Source: Minisyncoccota bacterium (GTDB lineage Bacteria > Patescibacteriota > Minisyncoccia > Phycocordibacterales > UBA5272). From it: DNA of 64,000 bases. Below are positions 10,688 to 19,828 of the stretch, piece by piece. The stretch's first letter is position 1. Each line of letters opens with the position of its first letter. Both the position numbers and the translations under genes were made by a program. Where the stretch lies: NCBI GenBank assembly GCA_041651055.1, contig JBAZJW010000001.1:177021-241020 (forward strand), in the 5' to 3' direction. The notes under the pieces are model-generated. The model was not told the origin of the DNA and searched no databases. It saw nothing but the letters and a program-made list of their open reading frames with translations.

Positions 10688-11074
10688 ATGAACATCTTTA
10701 ACTGGAAACCCGTGGTCCGGCTCACTAACTTCGCCGGAAAATCGAGTGCAACAGGCACCCCGGCACTCCATTTCGAAGCCGAGATCGAGTGCCCTTTCTG
10801 CAGACGGTTTTCTGAAATTTCTACTGACGGCTTCACCCTCGGCAGTCCGACCTCAAAGCATCTGCCTTTGAGACTTGAATCCATCTTCAAGGAACTTGTT
10901 CAGCCACGGGAATGCAATTTCTGCGGCATCCTCTTTTCCTTGGTGCCGAAAGAAGTGCGTGACGACTTCGCCAAAGAAGTGCAGGCGCGCGTCCCTCCAG
11001 AATGGGTGGATGCCGAGATCGAAAAGCTCAAGAATCCGGTGGAGAAGGATCCGTTAAATCTCTTCGCGGACTGA
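10688..11074 (+). CDS. hypothetical protein with CxxC...CxxC zinc-ribbon-like motif
   Basis: ECPFCRR and CNFCGILF cysteine pairs; GC-rich relative to genome. Confidence 0.35.
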   Translation: MNIFNWKPVVRLTNFAGKSSATGTPALHFEAEIECPFCRRFSEISTDGFTLGSPTSKHLPLRLESIFKELVQPRECNFCGILFSLVPKEVRDDFAKEVQARVPPEWVDAEIEKLKNPVEKDPLNLFAD

Positions 11075-11092
11075 GCCCGTTTCGAAACCATC

Positions 11093-11278
11093 ATGAACGA
11101 CAATGAACTAGCCGAATGGCTGAATCTTCCGCTTTCGCGGATAGAGGACGATCTCGCAAAATTGACTAAATGGCTCGTCAAAAGTGGCCAGTGGGATTCA
11201 AGAAGTGTGGTAGGGGACGCCCTTATCCGCATCGAAGGCCAACTGCAACGAATCAGGCAGGACCTTCCCAAACCCTGA
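11093..11278 (+). CDS. small hypothetical protein
   Basis: 61 aa ORF directly followed by terminator. Confidence 0.3.
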   Translation: MNDNELAEWLNLPLSRIEDDLAKLTKWLVKSGQWDSRSVVGDALIRIEGQLQRIRQDLPKP

Positions 11279-11298
11279 GAGGGAACTCTCTGAAAACA

Positions 11299-11330
11299 CG
11301 CCCCGCATCACGCGGGGCTTTTTTATTTTT
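11299..11330 (+). terminator. rho-independent terminator
   Basis: GCCCCGC-ATCA-CGCGGGGC hairpin followed by TTTTTTATTTTTT. Confidence 0.7.
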
Positions 11331-11365
11331 TAAATTGAGAAAAGAAAGACTCCTTCTCCTCTTAT

Positions 11366-12142
11366 TTACAATACATCTACCTTCTTGATAGCAAGAGTTA
11401 CCGTATCACCGCCCAATGAAACAATTCCATACTCTGCTTTCGGATTATGATTCCCATCATTCTCCATAAATGAAGGAACAGTAAAATATATTATCCCATC
11501 CATTTCTTCTTTACTGTAAAAATGTGTATGTCCACTGAAGACAGCAAGAACTTTCTCAGATTTCTTCAAGACATTCCTTACAAAGAATTTATTATTGATT
11601 GATGCGCGCTCTGGTCGTTCCTTAAAATAATAATTATTCTCCATGCTTTGATTATCGAGTGGATGATGACAGTACACAATAACTTTATGCTCTGTCTTTT
11701 CTAAATCCTCATTTAGCCACACGAGCTGCTCTTCACTTATATAGTAAGGACCTCGAGGCTCAGTAACATTACCATCGAGCACGACATGATGGTAACCACC
11801 CAAGTCAAATGAATAATAACTCTTCTTCTCACCAACGAGCGAAGCCCATGTTTCTCTGGTGAGATTTCTTACGTCATGATTTCCAGCAACATGTTTTACT
11901 GTTGTCTTTGTTGAAAGAAGAGTCAATGCTTCCTTGTATGTTTCGACATCTTTTTCAGCATTCTCGTCATGAATAAAATCACCAAGATTAATAACTAAAT
12001 CACAGGCATCCATTTCACCCTTCAACTTAGGTATCAATTTTTCATACTCTTCACCGTACACGTTTACATATTCTAGTCCTCTCAGAGTTGGATAATTGGA
12101 GTTCTCTCCGTGGTGAATATCAGTAATGAGAAATATTTTCAT
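11366..12142 (-). CDS. metallophosphoesterase (calcineurin-like)
   Basis: MKIFLITDIHHG, GDFIHDEN, GNHD motifs. Confidence 0.8.
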   Translation of the reverse strand: MKIFLITDIHHGENSNYPTLRGLEYVNVYGEEYEKLIPKLKGEMDACDLVINLGDFIHDENAEKDVETYKEALTLLSTKTTVKHVAGNHDVRNLTRETWASLVGEKKSYYSFDLGGYHHVVLDGNVTEPRGPYYISEEQLVWLNEDLEKTEHKVIVYCHHPLDNQSMENNYYFKERPERASINNKFFVRNVLKKSEKVLAVFSGHTHFYSKEEMDGIIYFTVPSFMENDGNHNPKAEYGIVSLGGDTVTLAIKKVDVL

Positions 12143-12179
12143 ACGTACATTTAATCTACTAAGATAGGCCGATCAGGCA

Positions 12180-12575
12180 TTATGCATCTTGTTTTTTGTA
12201 CTGCGAGAGACCGAGAATATTTCCTTCGGAATCCTTAAACCAAGCCAAGAATCCCATTTCTCCATTTTCTCCCAGAGGCGTCTTACCTCGCACAACAGCG
12301 CCACCATTCTCAACAATTTTTTGTAACGCTAGATCAATATCCGCGACATCAACATAAAACATTGGATGAGGCATAGCGGGGTCACGTTTACTGGAGCCAC
12401 CATTAATGAAACCTGCTTCGACTGGTTGCATTTTTTCATTGACCTCTCCTGTTTGCCAACTCGTGTAGCCAAATTGTTCCCAGTCAAAAGGTTTCCAATC
12501 GAAGACGTTTTGATAAAAAGATTTTGCTCTATCTTTATCGTCCCACGGAAATTCAAAATGTGTAACTTTGTTCAT
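12180..12575 (-). CDS. VOC family protein (glyoxalase/bleomycin-resistance fold)
   Basis: VTHFEFPWDDKDRAKSFYQNVFDWK N-terminus typical of VOC family. Confidence 0.65.
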   Translation of the reverse strand: MNKVTHFEFPWDDKDRAKSFYQNVFDWKPFDWEQFGYTSWQTGEVNEKMQPVEAGFINGGSSKRDPAMPHPMFYVDVADIDLALQKIVENGGAVVRGKTPLGENGEMGFLAWFKDSEGNILGLSQYKKQDA

Positions 12576-12643
12576 AGTGAAACAATTATAGCACTTCTTT
12601 GTTCTAAAAAATCACGAATTGAAGAAGGAAATTCAAACAGTTT

Positions 12644-13456
12644 TTAATCAACCAATGGGAAAATCGCTGATGATCCTTTTGTAAAGTCTTCCACCAAACT
12701 TGGGGTTCCTGCTATGAGGTTTGTGTTTCTATAATCGTAGGTAGTAGCTCCAATATTAACAACAACTCCACCCGCCTCAGACACCAACAGGCTTCCAGGT
12801 GCGAAGTCATAATCTTTTCCAAACGGGTCATAACATATTCTTGCTTCTATTTTTCCCGTGGCAACCAGCACAAATTCATAACCAGAACATATTGTCTGTA
12901 GCAAGAGAGATTTTTCTCGCACCTTATTTCTGAGTTCTACATTTGCCGGTTTAGCCTGATTAGTTTCTAGAGCGACAACTGATTGATTTGTAGGGCGACT
13001 ACTAATACTGATTCTTTTCCCATTTTCGAAAGCACCTTTACCTTTTTCTGCATGATACATCACATCATTTCTAAAATCATAAATCGCAGAAAAAATTACC
13101 TGACCATCTTCAATCAAAGCAACCATTGTTGTACAAAATGGCATCCCTCTAACAAAGTGCAGAGTCCCATCTATCGGGTCCACAAGCCATAGTTTCTTGT
13201 GATCACGGCTACCACCAAATTCTTCACCAGCAAATTCTATCGTTGGGTCAATTTTATTAAATTCAGTTTTAAGATATGACTCAACGTCATGGTCAAGTTG
13301 TGTAACCACGTTATGTGGTGACTCATCCTTTTGTGCAATTACTTCTACCTTGCCATAAAAGGGTAGAGTAATGCTTCTTGTTGAACGAATAATTGGTAAA
13401 ACCTTTTCCGCAATATTTTCCATATGGTTGATTATATCATTTGATGAAGACGACAC
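12644..13456 (-). CDS. inositol monophosphatase family protein
   Basis: WLVDPIDGT signature and downstream Asp-rich metal-binding motifs. Confidence 0.8.
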   Translation of the reverse strand: MSSSSNDIINHMENIAEKVLPIIRSTRSITLPFYGKVEVIAQKDESPHNVVTQLDHDVESYLKTEFNKIDPTIEFAGEEFGGSRDHKKLWLVDPIDGTLHFVRGMPFCTTMVALIEDGQVIFSAIYDFRNDVMYHAEKGKGAFENGKRISISSRPTNQSVVALETNQAKPANVELRNKVREKSLLLQTICSGYEFVLVATGKIEARICYDPFGKDYDFAPGSLLVSEAGGVVVNIGATTYDYRNTNLIAGTPSLVEDFTKGSSAIFPLVD

Positions 13457-13462
13457 TGAAAC

Positions 13463-13759
13463 CTACTTATCTTCCTTAGAAAAACCCCATTGCCATTTTG
13501 GTTTGTCTCCTTTTACATAACAAATACGTATGAGGCCAGCGGTTAATAGTGCCACTGGCACGATAAAAGTAAAGAGAACTTCTCGTGCTGGTGCGTTTTT
13601 ATCAACAATTAAACTAAGGCCAACAAGAAGCTCTACGTAGACAAAAATAGCTAGCCACCCTTGCCATGTCGCTGGGGTCCAACCCCAGCCATAGAGCTTT
13701 CTTTTGAACCAAAGCTTCTTCGGATTGTCTTTAAGATATTCAATATATTCTTTAATCAT
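13463..13759 (-). CDS. hypothetical membrane protein
   Basis: 98 aa, two to three TM segments. Confidence 0.35.
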   Translation of the reverse strand: MIKEYIEYLKDNPKKLWFKRKLYGWGWTPATWQGWLAIFVYVELLVGLSLIVDKNAPAREVLFTFIVPVALLTAGLIRICYVKGDKPKWQWGFSKEDK

Positions 13760-13797
13760 GCATTTAATTATAGCAAACTAACAACATACTTCGTACT

Positions 13798-13819
13798 TGA
13801 GGGGATGAATTGGAACAAA
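13798..13819 (+). repeat. degenerate copy (#0) of the GAGCTGGGRC-N3-TGGGACGA-N2-GTTGGAAC intergenic motif
   Basis: GAGGGGATGAATTGGAACAAAT shares the GGGA..G..TTGGAACAAwT core with copy #1. Confidence 0.3.
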
Positions 13820-13821
13820 TC

Positions 13822-14154
13822 TTAAAAAGTAAGAGCTTCGATTCCACGCTTAATAGCCACAAATCCATACCCCCACAAAAATGGGAGCCATACTGGCATA
13901 ATTCCAAATAAGGAATTTCTGGTAAATGTCTCTACTCCAGTAGCTATAAAAAAGTATTCGAATATAATCATTACAACAAATCCAAAAAGTAAAACGAAAA
14001 TATCTTTTTTAGTACATTTAATAAGATAAAGTGAAAGAGAAATTATTAAGATGTAGAGTAACGTTAAATAATAATCATTTAGAATAATTGGAATAAGTCC
14101 AATCATAACGAGAACAGGGAGGGATACCATGAAAATATATTTCACTTGTTGCAT
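13822..14154 (-). CDS. hypothetical membrane protein (cassette 1)
   Basis: 110 aa, three TM segments. Confidence 0.35.
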   Translation of the reverse strand: MQQVKYIFMVSLPVLVMIGLIPIILNDYYLTLLYILIISLSLYLIKCTKKDIFVLLFGFVVMIIFEYFFIATGVETFTRNSLFGIMPVWLPFLWGYGFVAIKRGIEALTF

Positions 14155-14178
14155 ACTTGTAGTATAGCATTGGATAAT

Positions 14179-14207
14179 TCTGTGGGACGAGGTTGGAACA
14201 ATTATTT
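14179..14207 (+). repeat. intergenic motif copy #1
   Basis: TCTGTGGGACGAGGTTGGAACAATTATTT. Confidence 0.5.
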
Positions 14208-14756
14208 CCCAAAGAGATATTCAAAAGCCTCATTTCGAACACCTTCAAAATCATGCGACACATCAAAATATTTAATCGCGTATTTCTCACATTCTTGCCT
14301 CAAGTATTTACTAAACTCAATCATTTCATCAATCATGGACAACATTTCTTCATCAGAAACACTCTTCGTCCAGTCTATATCACCCTGATGATGCTCTCTT
14401 ACCAAGGCAAGCTTTTCATCTTTCGTTAACTCTGCGTAACCTAAGAAGCAACACTTAACTGGTTTCCCGGCATCAATAAGCTCACTAACTTGGCTTGGCA
14501 AAAGTGAATCACCTTCGATGAGATAGTCACGTTCTTCTTTGAAAAAGAAATTAAAGAAGTGATTTACTAGTGGCCATATTTTCTTTGGTCTATCAAGCAA
14601 AGAATCTTGGTACTTCAAACCAATCTCTGGGACGCCATGTACAACCGCACCGAAGAGAACGTCGAGAGGGAAATAGGGGATCTGTTTTTCAGCAACAGCC
14701 CTACGTGCAAGTAGTGTCTTTCCTGAACGTGACGCGCCGGCAAGTAGATATAACAT
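14202..14756 (-). CDS. P-loop NTPase, putative small-molecule kinase (cassette 2)
   Basis: Walker A GASRSGKT near N-terminus. Confidence 0.5.
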   Translation of the reverse strand: MLYLLAGASRSGKTLLARRAVAEKQIPYFPLDVLFGAVVHGVPEIGLKYQDSLLDRPKKIWPLVNHFFNFFFKEERDYLIEGDSLLPSQVSELIDAGKPVKCCFLGYAELTKDEKLALVREHHQGDIDWTKSVSDEEMLSMIDEMIEFSKYLRQECEKYAIKYFDVSHDFEGVRNEAFEYLFGK

Positions 14757-14837
14757 TTGATAATTATATCATTTATTTATGTAAACACACCAAAGATTAA
14801 AGTATAGATTTCTTTATTCTGTATAGTTATTTTACTT

Positions 14838-14867
14838 AGCTGGGACTGTGGGACGATATTCGAACGG
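14838..14867 (+). repeat. intergenic motif copy #2
   Basis: AGCTGGGACTGTGGGACGATATTCGAACGG. Confidence 0.55.
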
Positions 14868-14876
14868 TTTTAGTTT

Positions 14877-15593
14877 CTACTTCAAAGCAAACGGGTTGAA
14901 GTTTGTCCCGTGATCGTAGGTATCCAACCCCTCCTTCTCCTTAACAATTTTAATCACCCTTCTAGTAACTGGTAGGGCAAGAACCTCCCATGTAGTACAG
15001 AAAAGCACAGTAGATATAACAAGCGGTACAAGCTCTGGAAGAGTAAACCATCCGGCAAAGTAGAAGACAGCAAAGAAAGCAATTCCGTTATCTACGATTT
15101 GTCCGAATAATGTTGAAATCACAAGTCTTGCATTGAGATACTTTCCTTTGAAATGCAGTTTCATTTTCGCAACTATGTATGAGTTTGTCAGTTCACCAGA
15201 AAAGAACGCAACAATAAAAGCAACAGCAACGATTGGTGAAGCTTTAAAGATAGCGTTGAATGCATCATTTAATTCAAATGACGGGTTTGGAACGATGCTG
15301 TAAATGTATGTAAGTGTTGAAGCTAGTAACATACATCCAAATCCAGTCCATACGACTTTTCTAGTAACTCTGTATCCATATACTTCAGTAAAGATATCAG
15401 CAAAAATATAAACAAATGGATACGCTAACGCACCAACTGAGAAAACAAACGTCCCTATGTAAAAAGTTTTTAAAGAAGTAAATACCCCTACAAGAAGAAC
15501 CGTAACCCACAGCATCGCAAAAATGATTAAGTACTTATGAGGCTGATGCGCCGAAATCACTGGATCCGTTATGAGTGCGTTGTTTTGGGTCAT
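14877..15593 (-). CDS. YhhQ/VUT family membrane protein, putative queuosine-precursor transporter (cassette 3)
   Basis: YPFVYIFADIFTEVYGYRVTRKVVW resembles the YhhQ conserved block. Confidence 0.55.
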   Translation of the reverse strand: MTQNNALITDPVISAHQPHKYLIIFAMLWVTVLLVGVFTSLKTFYIGTFVFSVGALAYPFVYIFADIFTEVYGYRVTRKVVWTGFGCMLLASTLTYIYSIVPNPSFELNDAFNAIFKASPIVAVAFIVAFFSGELTNSYIVAKMKLHFKGKYLNARLVISTLFGQIVDNGIAFFAVFYFAGWFTLPELVPLVISTVLFCTTWEVLALPVTRRVIKIVKEKEGLDTYDHGTNFNPFALK

Positions 15594-15627
15594 ATGTGTA
15601 AAGTCTAGCGCATATATCTAAAAAAGC

Positions 15628-15656
15628 GAGCTGGGGCCATGGGACGAAGTTGGAAC
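15628..15656 (+). repeat. intergenic motif copy #3
   Basis: GAGCTGGGGCCATGGGACGAAGTTGGAAC. Confidence 0.55.
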
Positions 15657-15708
15657 TTTTTTTGGAAAAGAGGTAGGATACTGTCAGACAACCAAGAAAG
15701 GGTTCGAT

Positions 15709-16320
15709 ATGAACATTCCATCTTTCCAAATGACCGGCTACGTTAAGACCGTGCTCGTTGCCCACCAACATGACACACATGTTTCCACCCCATCGGAAAA
15801 GATCAAACTGATCCAGGGGCAGGGTGTGCTGCATGACAACCACTACGGGCCACGTCTCGTAGACATTCGCGATTCGAGCATTCTTCGTTTCGGTCTTCCG
15901 AAAGGTATGGAGTGCTTCAATGCAAGACAGTGGAGCGCGGTCTCCCAGGAGGAGCTTGATGAAATCTCGCAGCTCATATATATCCCGGGCATCAATCATG
16001 GACTTCTGGGTGAAAACCTTGTGATCTCCGGAATTCCGAGGTTTACCCAGCTCCCTTCGGGAACTCAACTATTCTTCAAGGGGCAGAAAGGCGAGCTGCG
16101 CTCAACTGTACTTTGTGTTCATAAAGAAAATAACCCTTGCCATCTGCCCGGCGAGATGATTCAAGCGCAGTTTCCAGGACAAGAGAAACTTGCGGGGGCA
16201 TTCACGAAGCATGCCAAGCGTCGGCGAGGCGTCGTGGGGTTCGTTATTTGTTCCGGCTTTGTGAAGAAGGGAGACACCGTCATCGCTGAAGTTCCGGAAC
16301 AACAACTCTACGAAGGATGA
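15709..16320 (+). CDS. MOSC domain protein (cassette 4)
   Basis: HGLLGENLVISGI block and conserved Cys typical of MOSC (YiiM-like) proteins. Confidence 0.6.
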   Translation: MNIPSFQMTGYVKTVLVAHQHDTHVSTPSEKIKLIQGQGVLHDNHYGPRLVDIRDSSILRFGLPKGMECFNARQWSAVSQEELDEISQLIYIPGINHGLLGENLVISGIPRFTQLPSGTQLFFKGQKGELRSTVLCVHKENNPCHLPGEMIQAQFPGQEKLAGAFTKHAKRRRGVVGFVICSGFVKKGDTVIAEVPEQQLYEG

Positions 16321-16336
16321 TGAGGCATTCGTTGCC

Positions 16337-16385
16337 GCCAAACAAAACCGCCAAGTCAGTTTTGTTTGGCGGTTTTGTTTTTGTT
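16337..16385 (+). terminator. rho-independent terminator
   Basis: 12 bp stem GCCAAACAAAAC/GTTTTGTTTGGC followed by GGTTTTGTTTTTG. Confidence 0.6.
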
Positions 16386-16393
16386 AAAACTAC

Positions 16394-16422
16394 GAGCTGG
16401 GACTGTGGGACGAAGGTGGAAT
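16394..16422 (+). repeat. intergenic motif copy #4
   Basis: GAGCTGGGACTGTGGGACGAAGGTGGAAT. Confidence 0.55.
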
Positions 16423-16473
16423 TAATTTATATAAAAGTGTAGAATAAAATCAATAGCACAAAGGAGAATACAA

Positions 16474-16800
16474 ATGCTTACCGTAACCGAAGTCCCAACC
16501 AAGTCTATCCGGCTATCCGTCCAGATTGAAGATATGGAAATTGGAAGAGCTTGGCTTGTATTGATCAAAAATGACCTCCACTTAAAACCTTACGGCCTTC
16601 TTGAAGATGTGTGGGTTGACTCTAATCACAGAAAGCAAGGTCACGCCACAGCTCTTGTGCAAAAGATCATTGAAATAGCTAAACAAGAAGGCTGTTACAA
16701 GATTATTGCAACAAGTCGTTTCGAACGAGAGAAAGTTCACGACTTATACAAACATCTGGGCTTTATTTCTCACGGATTTGAGTTCAGAATTAATTTGTAA
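16474..16800 (+). CDS. GNAT family N-acetyltransferase (cassette 5)
   Basis: VWVDSNHRKQGHATALVQKIIEIAKQEGCYKI acetyl-CoA binding motif A. Confidence 0.7.
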   Translation: MLTVTEVPTKSIRLSVQIEDMEIGRAWLVLIKNDLHLKPYGLLEDVWVDSNHRKQGHATALVQKIIEIAKQEGCYKIIATSRFEREKVHDLYKHLGFISHGFEFRINL

Positions 16801-16828
16801 AATAAATTCCAGTCAATCAAGAGTTGCA

Positions 16829-16858
16829 GACCCACTTCGGTGGGCTTTTCTTTTTCTA
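16829..16858 (+). terminator. rho-independent terminator
   Basis: CCCAC-TTCG-GTGGG hairpin followed by CTTTTCTTTTTC. Confidence 0.5.
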
Positions 16859-16864
16859 AAAACT

Positions 16865-16894
16865 CAAGCTGGGGCTCTGGGACGACGTTGGAAC
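16865..16894 (+). repeat. intergenic motif copy #5
   Basis: CAAGCTGGGGCTCTGGGACGACGTTGGAAC. Confidence 0.55.
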
Positions 16895-16960
16895 AGAATT
16901 ATTTACTTCGAGTTCTATAAAATAAGTAAGAATTTTCATGTAAAAACGTCATCATATATT

Positions 16961-17512
16961 ATGAAAGTAAAGCACTTGCAACAATCTGGGGAAAAGAGTA
17001 GTGTTAATAGTCTTAATAAAGACTATACTAAAGATATGCTTACTAAGAATCTTCAGCTTCTTAGCTACCTTACAAAGAAGCACCCTCATGCTTCAGTAAC
17101 TGTGTTAATTAAATTATGCTATTTAGTTGATTTAGTTAGTATTAAAAATGGTAGTGAGAAGATTTCAAATTTTACATATATCAGATACTTTTATGGACCT
17201 TTTGACAAAAGTATCTACACAGAATTAGACCAATTACTTGAAAGTGGTGTATTAATAGCAACACCAGAATACAAAGGCGATTCTGAAACAATAATTTATT
17301 CTTTCAACGAAGAAAAGAAACTAGATACTTCCGCTTTAGATAAAAATGAAATAGCTATTCTTGATGAAGTACTAGATTCACTCGATGGGTATGGAGCAAA
17401 GGCACTTACAGATGTTGCCTACAGTACTGCGCCTATGCAAGCACTTAACGCAACTTTAGGTGGTGACGAAAATCTTGGTGTTGAACTTAATCTAAACTTA
17501 GTAAGAGCTTAA
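16961..17512 (+). CDS. Panacea-domain (DUF4065, SocA/PanA-like) protein, candidate antitoxin
   Basis: VTVLIKLCYLVDLVSIKNGSEKISNFTYIRYFYGPFDKSIYTEL matches the KLLYLaD ... yGPv..vY core of the Panacea domain as I remember it; start set at ATG 16961 downstream of GNAT terminator. Confidence 0.45.
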   Translation: MKVKHLQQSGEKSSVNSLNKDYTKDMLTKNLQLLSYLTKKHPHASVTVLIKLCYLVDLVSIKNGSEKISNFTYIRYFYGPFDKSIYTELDQLLESGVLIATPEYKGDSETIIYSFNEEKKLDTSALDKNEIAILDEVLDSLDGYGAKALTDVAYSTAPMQALNATLGGDENLGVELNLNLVRA

Positions 17513-17517
17513 TTTTT

Positions 17518-18030
17518 ATGCCAATGTCTGACGCTGAACATCTAGCTTGTATTAAGCCACGTTCAGCATACATGGACTTCAGGTCATTAGAAGAATCTAC
17601 AGGTGAAGTTAATGCAAAGTATAAATTACTGACAAAAAAATTAGCAGGTGTTTATTTTTTTCACGTTCTTACAAAGAGTGGGATAACTTATCCTCAAGAA
17701 TATCGCATGGAGATACTCAGAAATGATTGGGAATCGCGTGAGCCCCATCCAAGAGGAATGCACCTTGATGAAGATGCTTCGTATTTAGGTTGTCAGCATT
17801 TCCATATGATGAGTGAAAGAGATGTACTCCTTAAAAGGAAAGAATTTCGTAATGGTTTCAATATAAGTGGGCTGTTAAGTCAGACAAAATTTACAGAAGT
17901 TACAGATTTTATAAAAAGAAGTGGAGGTGTCTACTCAAGAAAATCTAATGTAGTGATTCAAGAAGATATAGAGTCTGTTTTTAATAAAGGGGTTATATCG
18001 GATAAAATAAGAAATAAACTCGGGCTTTAA
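17518..18030 (+). CDS. hypothetical protein, candidate toxin partner of the Panacea-domain gene
   Basis: 170 aa ORF starting 6 nt after upstream stop; no recognisable domain. Confidence 0.35.
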   Translation: MPMSDAEHLACIKPRSAYMDFRSLEESTGEVNAKYKLLTKKLAGVYFFHVLTKSGITYPQEYRMEILRNDWESREPHPRGMHLDEDASYLGCQHFHMMSERDVLLKRKEFRNGFNISGLLSQTKFTEVTDFIKRSGGVYSRKSNVVIQEDIESVFNKGVISDKIRNKLGL

Positions 18031-18049
18031 TTATTCTTTTTTGTATAAG

Positions 18050-19711
18050 TTAAGATAATCCATCAATATACTGTATTGGTGTTATACCATAATCCCACAC
18101 AGTTGAACTTCTTGAAGGGTCAACTGCCCCATGAACCGCAACACCAAGAACACCATTGTCTTTATCAACTACTGGTGAACCACTCATTCCTTTGTAAATC
18201 GGTTTATCAATTGTAAATCTCTCAATACTAAGTATTCCTATACCGTTACTTTTTGAACTAATTTTTCCTTCGTAACATTGTGGAGTGTCATTGGTTCTAT
18301 ATCCAGGAAATCCAACAACCGTTATAGCCTCTTTAATTTGAGGAGTTTCAATTGTGCTTTTTTCAAGACTAAAGAATGTTACTGTTGTTGGTGCTAATAT
18401 TTTTAAAACTGCTAAATCAGGAATAGAGCTTTGTTTTACAACCTCAGCTTTGTATACGTCCTTAGTTTCAGAGTTGTAAACTTCAACTATTCCACAAGCA
18501 CCATCTATAACATGATAACAAGTTACAAGCCCAACATCTCTCAACATGAAAGCTGTGCCAGTATATCCGACAGAAGTTTTAATTACCCATATTGCACGTT
18601 TCAATTCATCAATTGCACTAACAGGTAAGTCTACTGAGTGTGGGTCTATTAAACGATTAAGCCTATTTTTAAACTTCCTGTATATTGGATCTTTCCCACT
18701 TCTGATAAATTTTAAGAAAGATATTTTCCCATATAAAACTGGTGTTAGATCTGGTTCATCTTGACGACTGGGATGTAATCTAAAATACACGTTCGAGGCA
18801 TTTACTTTTCCAAATCTTTCCCAAGCATATAATATTGTTCTCAATTCTCTAATGTATTTTCTGGAAACATTACTAAATTCATTAACGGTAAGGCCAGTAA
18901 CTTCTTGTCTCATATAATGTCTCTGTAACCTAACTTTTGACTGATTAATTGAGAAATTATTTTTTTGAATGATTGAAGTTAATTTTTGTCCACATGTAAT
19001 TATTCCGTGTGAACGGGAAACAATATCAAGATTTAGTTCTCTAGAGTTTGTAGAAAAAGTAATGTCATCTGCATATCTTGTATATAAACAATTAGTTTCT
19101 TTTGCTAACTTTTGTAAATCATTATCTAATGTATAGCAAATTAGATTTGATATAACTGGAGAAGTGGGGGCTCCTTGTGGAAGCTTACCCTCATAACAAC
19201 AAATTTGAGCAAGTAAAATTGCAACTTCTCTTGGGAAAGAAAAAGCTGTTGATTGAAATAATCCTATTATACGACCTACATGAATTGATGGGAAGAAGTT
19301 TTCTAAATCAATATTAAAAACAAGATTTTTTCTTGCGTGTAGTCTTGCGTTATCTAAAATATCTTTATCTTTACAAAATCCATAAACAGATGATTTTGGT
19401 TTATAAGCTAAGTATAGAATATATGCCAATTTTTTTTGTAAAATTTTAAGATTAGATATTGGTGCTAAAATCTCTCTTTGTCCACCACTTTTTTTCTTAA
19501 TATAAAATTTTGTATACGGAACTGGTTTATCTGGTCTGTAAAGTAGGTAAATTATTGTAGAGTAGTCAACCTCTAAAAGGTCAGCAACGTCTTGTTTGCT
19601 TTTTAGTGCTCTAAAAATTTTTAGAATATCGTCATCACTTCTTGTTAAGGTTGGTTTCATTTCTGTGTAAAAGAGAGAGTGGAATAATTCTTCCTCCTGC
19701 AAAACAAACAC
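18050..19711 (-). CDS. retron-type reverse transcriptase fused to C-terminal trypsin-like (S1) serine protease
   Basis: RT motifs KKKSGGQREI, NARLH (NAxxH), FNIDLENFFPSI, LPQGAPTSPVISN, YTRYADD, RQEVTGLTVN (VTG); C-terminal GTAFMLRDVGLVTCYHV (His), IPDLAVL (Asp), GMSGSPV (Ser) triad; GTG start. Confidence 0.8.
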   Translation of the reverse strand: MFVLQEEELFHSLFYTEMKPTLTRSDDDILKIFRALKSKQDVADLLEVDYSTIIYLLYRPDKPVPYTKFYIKKKSGGQREILAPISNLKILQKKLAYILYLAYKPKSSVYGFCKDKDILDNARLHARKNLVFNIDLENFFPSIHVGRIIGLFQSTAFSFPREVAILLAQICCYEGKLPQGAPTSPVISNLICYTLDNDLQKLAKETNCLYTRYADDITFSTNSRELNLDIVSRSHGIITCGQKLTSIIQKNNFSINQSKVRLQRHYMRQEVTGLTVNEFSNVSRKYIRELRTILYAWERFGKVNASNVYFRLHPSRQDEPDLTPVLYGKISFLKFIRSGKDPIYRKFKNRLNRLIDPHSVDLPVSAIDELKRAIWVIKTSVGYTGTAFMLRDVGLVTCYHVIDGACGIVEVYNSETKDVYKAEVVKQSSIPDLAVLKILAPTTVTFFSLEKSTIETPQIKEAITVVGFPGYRTNDTPQCYEGKISSKSNGIGILSIERFTIDKPIYKGMSGSPVVDKDNGVLGVAVHGAVDPSRSSTVWDYGITPIQYIDGLS

Positions 19712-19828
19712 ACTTACATAGCAACATTTGCCAAAAACACAAGGGCACGTATCATCTCACCTTAGATACATCGTCGCGTATACACAACGAATAGCAATTT
19801 CCACTCTCTCTTTTAAAAAGAAACTTAC
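19671..19828 (-). ncRNA. candidate retron msr/msd-like non-coding RNA
   Basis: 13 nt perfect inverted repeat AAGAGAGAGTGGA (19801-19813) / TCCACTCTCTCTT (19671-19683, minus-strand sense) bracketing about 117 nt directly upstream of and overlapping the RT start; TATAAT box about 25 nt upstream on the minus strand. Confidence 0.25.

Noticed and set aside
13790-16900. Integron attC sites as the explanation for the repeat array
   Set aside because: The repeats are about 30 bp, non-palindromic direct repeats rather than 50-150 bp imperfect palindromes with R/L boxes. No IntI-like gene is present.
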